A stretch of 64,000 nucleotides of DNA. Source: an uncultured Clostridia bacterium (GTDB lineage: Bacteria > Bacillota > Clostridia > Christensenellales > QALW01). Below the pieces are notes generated by a model. That model saw nothing but the letters and a program-made list of their open reading frames with translations, was not told the origin of the DNA and made no database searches. Position 1 is the stretch's first letter, and every line of letters begins with the position of its first letter. Of the stretch, positions 57,453 to 64,000 are shown piece after piece. The stretch lies in contig CAKSKV010000004.1 in the NCBI GenBank assembly GCA_934465535.1, forward strand, positions 41,715 through 105,714, given 5' to 3'. A program made the translations under genes and the position numbers.

Positions 57453-57950
57453 GTGGATGCAATTGAATGTATAAAGACAAGGCGCAGCGTTCGGCGCTAT
57501 ACCGATCAGCCGATTGACAAACAGGCAATACATCAAATTCTTGAAGCCGGCATCAGCGCTCCGTCCGGTAAAAACGGTCAGCCATGGAAATTCAAAGTTG
57601 TAACCGATAAAGAATTGATAAACAACATATCTGATTTATCGATTCATGGTTCATGGATGAAAACGGCACCGCTGATTATTGTGATATTTCTTGATAACGC
57701 CTGTTCATATGACCGACTGAAAGATATTCAATCCTGTGGAGCGGTTATGCAAAATATGATGTTAACCGCACACTCTCTTGATATCGGAAGCTGTTGGATT
57801 GGCGAAATACTGCCTAAGTCAAAAGAAGTAAAGCAAGTTTTGAAACTTAATGATGAAAGCCTTGAACTCATGGGAATTGTACTATTCGGACATAAATCGA
57901 GCCGAATGATTGATCCGGGGCGAAAGAGAATTGAATCGTTTCTGTTGTAA
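57453..57950 (+). CDS. nitroreductase-family flavoprotein
   Basis: RRSVRRYTDQPI and SAPSGKNGQPWKF motifs. GTG start 8 nt after GAGGAG. Confidence 0.85.
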   Translation: MDAIECIKTRRSVRRYTDQPIDKQAIHQILEAGISAPSGKNGQPWKFKVVTDKELINNISDLSIHGSWMKTAPLIIVIFLDNACSYDRLKDIQSCGAVMQNMMLTAHSLDIGSCWIGEILPKSKEVKQVLKLNDESLELMGIVLFGHKSSRMIDPGRKRIESFLL

Positions 57951-57962
57951 CGGCGGTATGGT

Positions 57963-59303
57963 ATGAGCAGAATTGCTTTGATTGGCGAGAACTCTATTGA
58001 ATATGTAAGTACACTGCTTGATATATGGAATTCTGGAGATTGCGCAGTATTGATAGACTGGCGGATACCGATTCAGACTGCAGTAGAAATGATGAATGAA
58101 GCCGAAGTGCATGTCTGTTACATCGAGAAAAAATATTACGGCAAAGTTTCCGGCGCGCGGTCTCAATGCATTACATTTATTCCTTTTGAGAAAAAGGCAA
58201 CTGCCGCAGGGCATCTGCCGGAATCAGTATATGATAGGTTCAAACCAAACTACAGCAAAAACGAAGCGGTTGTTTTATACAGTTCCGGAACAACAGGAAA
58301 ATCCAAAGGAATAATTCTTTCGCACTTTGCAATTAACACAAATGCCGATGCAATCATTGACTATATGAAACCCAATGCGGGAGATTGTATTTATATCGCA
58401 AAAACATTCTCTCATTCATCAACACTTACAGGAGAATTGCTGGTATCGCTTAAAACTCAAACCAAGCTTGTAATCGCGCCAACGATTGTTCCTCCGAGAT
58501 ATATGCTGGGAAAGATAAGAGAATTCAATGTTACAATAATATGTTTGAATCCGACATTACTTTCAATGCTTGCGAATGAAGTGCAACGAGACAAGTATGA
58601 CATTCCTTCGCTCAGAACGATATATGTCAGCGGCTCCATCTTGAACAATACGACCTATGTAAAAGCTCATGACACATTTAGAGATATACCGGTTTACAAT
58701 GTATACGGCTTGTCCGAAGCAGGGCCGAGAGTTGCAGCGCAGCGTGAAGGATGTTGCTCATCAAATTCAGTTGGAAGTCCGATTCTGGGCGTAGAAATAG
58801 TCATTGTCGATGAAAATGGAACACCGGTTACTGATGGGGAGCGCGGAACCGTTCATGTGACTACACCGAGTCAATTCTGCGGCTATATATCCGGACAAGT
58901 AAAGCAGCAGTCCATGTACAGGGATTGGCTGAATACCGGCGACATCGGGTATATCAACGATAACGGTGAATTGCATATTACCGGTCGTGTTGATGATGTA
59001 ATTGTTTTGGATGCACACAAAATTTATCCGTGCAAAATTGAAAATACTATCCTTGAATCGACTAATGTTTCTGAATGCGTCGTCGTAAAGGTTGAGTATA
59101 AGGATAACGAGTTTATTGGTTGCTTATATGTCGGGAATGATATTTCAGAGCAAGAAATAAGGGACAAGCTAAAAAACAAGCTCCCAACCTACGAAATCCC
59201 GAGGCGCTTTATACGATGCAATACAATTCCTCGAACATTAAACGGCAAAATATCCAACGCAGATATAAGAGAGAAAATAGTAAATGCTATAGAAATGGAG
59301 TAA
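57963..59303 (+). CDS. AMP-forming acyl/aminoacyl ligase (ANL superfamily)
   Basis: LYSSGTTGKSKGI (A3), YGLSEAGP (A5), TGDIGY and ITGRVDDVI (A7/A8), LNGK (A10). Confidence 0.85.
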   Translation: MSRIALIGENSIEYVSTLLDIWNSGDCAVLIDWRIPIQTAVEMMNEAEVHVCYIEKKYYGKVSGARSQCITFIPFEKKATAAGHLPESVYDRFKPNYSKNEAVVLYSSGTTGKSKGIILSHFAINTNADAIIDYMKPNAGDCIYIAKTFSHSSTLTGELLVSLKTQTKLVIAPTIVPPRYMLGKIREFNVTIICLNPTLLSMLANEVQRDKYDIPSLRTIYVSGSILNNTTYVKAHDTFRDIPVYNVYGLSEAGPRVAAQREGCCSSNSVGSPILGVEIVIVDENGTPVTDGERGTVHVTTPSQFCGYISGQVKQQSMYRDWLNTGDIGYINDNGELHITGRVDDVIVLDAHKIYPCKIENTILESTNVSECVVVKVEYKDNEFIGCLYVGNDISEQEIRDKLKNKLPTYEIPRRFIRCNTIPRTLNGKISNADIREKIVNAIEME

Positions 59304-59307
59304 AGAA

Positions 59308-59592
59308 ATGACAACAGAAGAGATAAAAACAGAAGTAATTGATTTGATTTCCGAATTGTTCGGGGACAAGGGTTTTGACACCGACATCATTGAATATGCC
59401 GATTTAGTCGATGACATGGGCATGGATTCAATAACCTTCATTTCGATTGTCGTCGAGCTTGAGGTAAAGTTTGATATTACTGTGTCGGATGATATGTTGC
59501 TGATAGATAACTTCAAGAAAGTCGATGATATTGTAGCTGTTGTCGAAAATGAACTGGCGAAAGGAGCTGAAAACGGCGATGGCTGTAAATGA
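59308..59592 (+). CDS. acyl/peptidyl carrier protein
   Basis: 94 aa. DMGMDSITFISIVVELE contains the phosphopantetheine Ser in a D-S-(I/L) context. Confidence 0.8.
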   Translation: MTTEEIKTEVIDLISELFGDKGFDTDIIEYADLVDDMGMDSITFISIVVELEVKFDITVSDDMLLIDNFKKVDDIVAVVENELAKGAENGDGCK

Positions 59593-60820
59593 AGAAAAGC
59601 TTGTTAAGATGCTAAGATATGTATCTGAGTATAACGATTTTTACAAGAACAGAATAAAAGAATACGGAATAACAAATCCGTTGGATATTACGCAATGGCC
59701 TGTTCTGACAAGGAAAGAGTTGCAAGAAAACCGGTATAATATGTTCTCGGATGGGTATAAGTCAAAGTATTTTAATCAGCAGCTCCGCAGACAGTCATCA
59801 TCCGGTTCATCCGGAATGCCGGTTAACGTCTATTGGGATTACAAAGACTGGTATGCATCAAATATGTCATTATGGCGCAAAAGGTGGCAGTGGTATGGTA
59901 TTAAGCCGGGCGACAAATATGTTATGTTTACATTGAATGCATTCAATGTAAAAGTGAACGGCGAGACTGTCTACTATATCAAAAAACCCGAGAATGTTCT
60001 GTCGGTCAATGTTTCTTTGATTCAAAATGAAGAGCAGTACAAAAATCTTGTTGATATCATGAACGATTTTAATCCTGCGTGGCTATATATTCAGCCTTTT
60101 GTACTTAATAAACTGATTCAAATCTACAAGAAATATGATTTGAAAAAGCCGACTGCTCTTAGATATATTGAATCCGTTGGTGAATTGCTATCATCAGATT
60201 TAAGAAGGCGGGCAATTGAATTCTTTGATGTTGCATTTGCCAATATGTATGGCTCAGAAGAAATGAACGGTATTGCGTATGAGTGTCCAGAATACCATAT
60301 GCAGGTGCTTAATGATAACATATATATTGAGGTTCAGAATAATAATGGCATTAGTCTAAGCGGAGACGGTGAGGCGATTATAACTAATTTGAATAATTTT
60401 GCTATGCCACTTATACGGTATAATCAATGCGATTGTATTGTTGTAGATAATTCTCAACCATATTCATGTGTAAATAACAGAAACATTATTTGTCATATCA
60501 ACGGAAGATCTTCTGATTGTATTGCACTGGGTGATAAAGAAATCAACAGCTATTTTTTAGTTGAAATACTATCAGAAACAAATAATCATTATAATGGTAT
60601 AATTGATTTTTATCGTTATGTGTATAAAAAATCTCAAAGAAAAATTGAATGTATGATAAATACAAAGAAAACTGAGTGGTATAGCAATATTAAAAAAACT
60701 TTGGAGGACATCTTTATAAAACAAGTCTTGCCTGATACCGATATTAGTTTTGAGGTCAAATTGGACAAAGAGGCTTTGCTTTATGGAGAGAAACCTCAAA
60801 TACTAACAATAGTTGATTAA
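59579..60820 (+). CDS. PaaK/F390-synthetase-like adenylate-forming enzyme
   Basis: SSGSSGMPV P-loop-like motif and YGSEE.., with the overall length and pattern of the phenylacetate-CoA ligase/CapK family. The start is uncertain (TTG 59540, ATG 59549 or ATG 59579) and overlaps the carrier gene end. Confidence 0.75.
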   Translation: MAVNEEKLVKMLRYVSEYNDFYKNRIKEYGITNPLDITQWPVLTRKELQENRYNMFSDGYKSKYFNQQLRRQSSSGSSGMPVNVYWDYKDWYASNMSLWRKRWQWYGIKPGDKYVMFTLNAFNVKVNGETVYYIKKPENVLSVNVSLIQNEEQYKNLVDIMNDFNPAWLYIQPFVLNKLIQIYKKYDLKKPTALRYIESVGELLSSDLRRRAIEFFDVAFANMYGSEEMNGIAYECPEYHMQVLNDNIYIEVQNNNGISLSGDGEAIITNLNNFAMPLIRYNQCDCIVVDNSQPYSCVNNRNIICHINGRSSDCIALGDKEINSYFLVEILSETNNHYNGIIDFYRYVYKKSQRKIECMINTKKTEWYSNIKKTLEDIFIKQVLPDTDISFEVKLDKEALLYGEKPQILTIVD

Positions 60821-60906
60821 TCAATTGATCAAATCTATTTCAATTACTATTTAACGTACAATAAAATTGTATGTTAAAGATATAACTAAAACACAAGGAG
60901 AGTAGT

Positions 60907-62256
60907 ATGAGTGTCTTTGAAAATGATACCCCTGTTGTTAAGACATTCGTGTACAAGAATAAATGTTATTTATATGATACATATAATAATCAGCTCTTTT
61001 CTGTACACAGTAGACTTTATTACGAAATTTGCAAAATGCAAACAATAGGTATTTGTAAATATATGCATTTAAATTGTAATGATAATTACTATAAAGATGT
61101 GTTAACATTAATGAATAAGGGGTACTTACGCCATGGATTCATTGACAAAGTCCAGCATCAGTCAACACCTTATATAGAGTATCTAACAGAGCGTTGTATG
61201 AGTCATTTAGTTCTTGAGGTAACAAATTCATGCAATTTTAAATGTAGATATTGTCACCAAGCGAGTAATCAAACTATAAATAAAAAAGTAATGAACACAA
61301 ATGTAGCATATCGCAGTATTGACTTGTTTTATGAACATTCAAAGGATGCGAATGATTTAGTATTGACCTTTTATGGCGGTGAGCCACTTATTAATTTCAA
61401 TTTAATAAAAGAAATGGTTATGTATGCGAAAGATAAGTTCAAGACAAAAAGGGTTTCATTTAATATAACAACAAATGCATCCTTAATTGATGAGGAAATA
61501 ATCGATTTTTTATATAGTAATGGCTTTTCAATTTTAATAAGTTTAGACGGAGATGAAGTGATTCAAAACAGTCATCGAAAGTTTCTAATAGATGGTGGAG
61601 ATACTTTTGATATTGTATGGAATAATATTCTTAAAATTCGCGCCAAATATCCCTCGTTTTTCAACTCGAATGTAAGTTTCAATTCTGTAAGATTGCAAGA
61701 CGAATCAAGAAGAAAAGTAGTAGAGTTTTTTAGAAAAAATGGTATATCTGATTCGTCAATTAGTATTCGTGATGCAGATATGGACGGCATTGATTATATA
61801 TATTCGCCGTTGTTTATAGATGCCAATAATAGAGATGATGACAGTATTAACAAAGATGATTTTTCTAACGTATTAAAGTTATATAACAACAAAAGTAAGA
61901 TACCAAAGGTATGGCATCATAATGGACCTTGTATACCAGCAGTAAATCGTCTGTTTGTCAGCACGGAAGGAAAGTTTTATCCATGCGAAAAAGTAGAACA
62001 AGATGATGCGTGTTCCATTGGAGACTTAGCAACAGGTGTTGATATTGACAAAGTGGTGCGAATCTTAAACATTGGCCAGATTACGAGTAATGATTGTCCG
62101 AATTGTTGGGCTTTAAGATTTTGCTCGATATGTGTGCATCGTTGCGTTGATAACGGGAGTTTATCGTACGATAAAAAAGTTAGATCTTGTAAAAAAACAA
62201 AAGAAGATGCAATAAGATTTTTTAAATATCTTATAGATAATAAACAGGTGAAGTAA
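60907..62256 (+). CDS. radical SAM peptide maturase with SPASM-type C-terminal domain
   Basis: SCNFKCRYC (CxxxCxxC), FYGGEPL, and a C-terminal Cys cluster GPCIPAV..GKFYPCEK..CPNCWALRFCSICVHRC. RBS AAGGAGA. Confidence 0.9.
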   Translation: MSVFENDTPVVKTFVYKNKCYLYDTYNNQLFSVHSRLYYEICKMQTIGICKYMHLNCNDNYYKDVLTLMNKGYLRHGFIDKVQHQSTPYIEYLTERCMSHLVLEVTNSCNFKCRYCHQASNQTINKKVMNTNVAYRSIDLFYEHSKDANDLVLTFYGGEPLINFNLIKEMVMYAKDKFKTKRVSFNITTNASLIDEEIIDFLYSNGFSILISLDGDEVIQNSHRKFLIDGGDTFDIVWNNILKIRAKYPSFFNSNVSFNSVRLQDESRRKVVEFFRKNGISDSSISIRDADMDGIDYIYSPLFIDANNRDDDSINKDDFSNVLKLYNNKSKIPKVWHHNGPCIPAVNRLFVSTEGKFYPCEKVEQDDACSIGDLATGVDIDKVVRILNIGQITSNDCPNCWALRFCSICVHRCVDNGSLSYDKKVRSCKKTKEDAIRFFKYLIDNKQVK

Positions 62257-62299
62257 ATAGTAAATATCTGTAATAAAGAAGGAAGGGATAGCTTTGCAA

Positions 62300-63172
62300 A
62301 TGGAAAATATAGGTTTGCTAACTAATTCGATTACGGCTCGTATGTTAATGTATCAAATTGATTATGTGTTAAACATACCTGTGAAAAATATCTATGTTTT
62401 ATCTGAAAACCATAATAAAAGCGAAATATTTCCTACTAGCGGCGCAAAAGTAACTATATGTGACTCATATGATGAGTTCATACAAAAAAGTGAATTGATA
62501 ATTACTTCAAACAAGCAAGAAACGTTAGCGCATATTGACAACAGAAAACTTCTATTTATTGATAGCCCTTGGAATGGTTATGAAAATCATAGCATGAATG
62601 GTTGTTTAACTAAAAAGCTTAATTATTCGAATGCTCCTGTTGTTTTTATATTATCAATTGGCGATTTTACCGATCAATATCACATTGAAATACTTGTCAA
62701 TAAAATCGTAGCCTCGAAAACAAAAAGAATAGCACAAATTTTTACCCCGGAAACAAAAGCATTACTAGATAGTATCGCTAAATCAAAAAACATAAATCCC
62801 AATTTAGTAAATGCATGCAATAATAATGATGGTGATGTAATTATTATTTCTGCAAATAATATATCGAATGATTTAGAATTGATACAAATTATAAAAGAAA
62901 TATCTCCGGATTACTTTATCTTATGTGTTGATTACTCATTTAACGGATTAAATGAGGTTGAGTTATTCTTTTCAAATATTTGTAAAATAAATATTGTTGT
63001 CCAATCTCCCTATATTACAAATAAATTGTTGGAAGGAAAACAATGGTCTGTTTATTGTAATGTAGAAAAATCCAATGTCTTCCATAATACATTGGAAAAA
63101 GATTTCGAAAACTACTTGGAATTACACATTATGCAGAAAATATTCATGCCTAACAGTATTGGCTTTGTATAA
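62300..63172 (+). CDS. hypothetical protein of the peptide-maturation cluster (possibly TIGR04066-like)
   Basis: 290 aa with no motif I recognise. Its position between the rSAM and precursor genes matches my recollection of the clostridial TIGR04066 family. ATG 62300 follows GAAGGAAGGG. Confidence 0.6.
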   Translation: MENIGLLTNSITARMLMYQIDYVLNIPVKNIYVLSENHNKSEIFPTSGAKVTICDSYDEFIQKSELIITSNKQETLAHIDNRKLLFIDSPWNGYENHSMNGCLTKKLNYSNAPVVFILSIGDFTDQYHIEILVNKIVASKTKRIAQIFTPETKALLDSIAKSKNINPNLVNACNNNDGDVIIISANNISNDLELIQIIKEISPDYFILCVDYSFNGLNEVELFFSNICKINIVVQSPYITNKLLEGKQWSVYCNVEKSNVFHNTLEKDFENYLELHIMQKIFMPNSIGFV

Positions 63173-63198
63173 CATTTGAAAATTGAAAAGCGGAATAG
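63170..63198. repeat. left arm of a perfect 29-bp inverted repeat
   Basis: TAACATTTGAAAATTGAAAAGCGGAATAG. It begins with the stop codon of the upstream gene. Confidence 0.9.
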
Positions 63199-63215
63199 TG
63201 GAAGGAGGTGAAAAA

Positions 63216-63386
63216 ATGTTTTTGAAGTCTGATAACAACAATGATTTTATAACAAGATCGTGTTGTTCTCCTACCTGCCAGTGTGGTACTTGTGGTGGTG
63301 TTTCAACTGCAGAATCAAAGGGGCGTAGCGGAGCTACTAGCAGTGGTGGAACCGTTGTTTCTGCCCAAAGCCCAACGTCTGCATAA
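63216..63386 (+). CDS. 56-aa Cys-rich RiPP precursor candidate
   Basis: MFLKSDNNNDFITRSCCSPTCQCGTCGGVSTAESKGRSGATSSGGTVVSAQSPTSA. GGAAGGAGGTG lies 7 nt upstream. It sits beside the rSAM/SPASM enzyme and an exporter. Confidence 0.65.
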   Translation: MFLKSDNNNDFITRSCCSPTCQCGTCGGVSTAESKGRSGATSSGGTVVSAQSPTSA

Positions 63387-63423
63387 GCAGACTAATAGCA
63401 TTATGATAAGTATAGTTTATTAC

Positions 63424-63452
63424 CTATTCCGCTTTTCAATTTTCAAATGTTA
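63424..63452. repeat. right arm of the perfect 29-bp inverted repeat
   Basis: CTATTCCGCTTTTCAATTTTCAAATGTTA, the exact reverse complement of 63170-63198. Confidence 0.9.
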
Positions 63453-63478
63453 ATAATAAGTGAAAGCGTGGCGAAATA

Positions 63479-64000
63479 ATGAAGGATAAAATAAATCATT
63501 TCCTTAAAGCCGAATGGTTTTGCCTAAAACAGATTTTTAAAACAGATTTTTTAAACGGCTTGGTTTTTTTAATTATTACTGGGATAAAATATGCAATTCC
63601 GCTTATCAGCGTGTGGTTATGGAAAATAATACTTGATGAATTGACCTTAATCTACCAAACAAAAGCAGCAAGCAATGATATATGGATATATCTCGGAATA
63701 TATCTTGTGATTCAAATGTTTTCGTCTGTCATTGTTCAAGTGAACTCAGTTATTTACGCAAAAGTAAGGCGAAAAGCATCATATGAGCTTGACATGGCAA
63801 TCATGCGGAAGATGGCGCAAATTGATTCCGCTTTCTTTGACGATCCGGAAAACAAGGATGTAACAGAAGCGGCACGGACAAGCGAAGGATATATCGCACT
63901 TAATATGCCGTGGGCGATTGATACGATTATCCGGATCATTACCTTTATTTCGGGTCTTGTTATGTTTCTTTCCTATGACTGGATTGTCGGGTTGATTTAC
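63479..64000 (+). CDS. ABC exporter permease/ATPase, 5' part (truncated by the window end)
   Basis: Open frame from ATG 63479 to the window edge (MKDKINHFLKAEWF..). It has exporter TMD features (hydrophobic helices, ..MRKMAQIDSAFFDDPE..) and no C39 peptidase-like N-terminus. Confidence 0.75.
   Translation, partial: MKDKINHFLKAEWFCLKQIFKTDFLNGLVFLIITGIKYAIPLISVWLWKIILDELTLIYQTKAASNDIWIYLGIYLVIQMFSSVIVQVNSVIYAKVRRKASYELDMAIMRKMAQIDSAFFDDPENKDVTEAARTSEGYIALNMPWAIDTIIRIITFISGLVMFLSYDWIVGLIY

Noticed and set aside
63183-63386. Longer 67-aa version of the precursor starting at TTG 63183 (MKSGIVEGGEK..), and the internal GG (residues 27-28 of the 56-aa form) as a double-glycine leader cleavage site.
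   Set aside because: The TTG start lies inside the inverted-repeat arm without an RBS, whereas ATG 63216 has a strong one. Cleavage at GG would discard the entire Cys block, and the adjacent ABC exporter shows no C39 peptidase N-terminus, so a double-Gly leader model is not supported.

Overview
The window looks like a GC-rich, spore-forming Clostridia chromosome (Oscillospiraceae/Ruminococcaceae-like; this is a guess from gene content and composition). It holds about 55 credible CDS and one tRNA; I saw no rRNA, CRISPR array or transposase. Housekeeping genes include tatD, an ABC-F ATPase, glnS, comEB, a dnaN-recF pair without dnaA, rplI, dusB, clpB and a gerA-type germinant receptor operon. 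Between them lie accessory modules: an ABC-DUF1854-ABC exporter locus with zinc-ribbon N-termini and a leader sORF plus terminator; a MarR-regulated heterodimeric ABC exporter; a frameshifted toxin/immunity-like pair; tandem SGNH-hydrolase paralogs; and several zinc-ribbon membrane proteins. The main finding is the right-hand end. Just after a self-contained tRNA-Ala(GGC) gene (56328-56403) the DNA becomes markedly AT-rich. That stretch carries a co-directional RiPP-type cluster: nitroreductase, AMP-ligase, carrier protein, PaaK-like ligase, radical SAM/SPASM maturase, an unknown 290-aa protein, a 56-aa Cys-rich precursor bracketed by a perfect 29-bp inverted repeat, and an ABC exporter cut off by the window edge. 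From memory it resembles the CLI_3235/CcpM clostridial peptide-maturation class, which as far as I know is defined only bioinformatically and has no characterised product. All calls come from reading motifs in the supplied translations and the DNA. No searches were run, and family names are recollections that need HMM confirmation.
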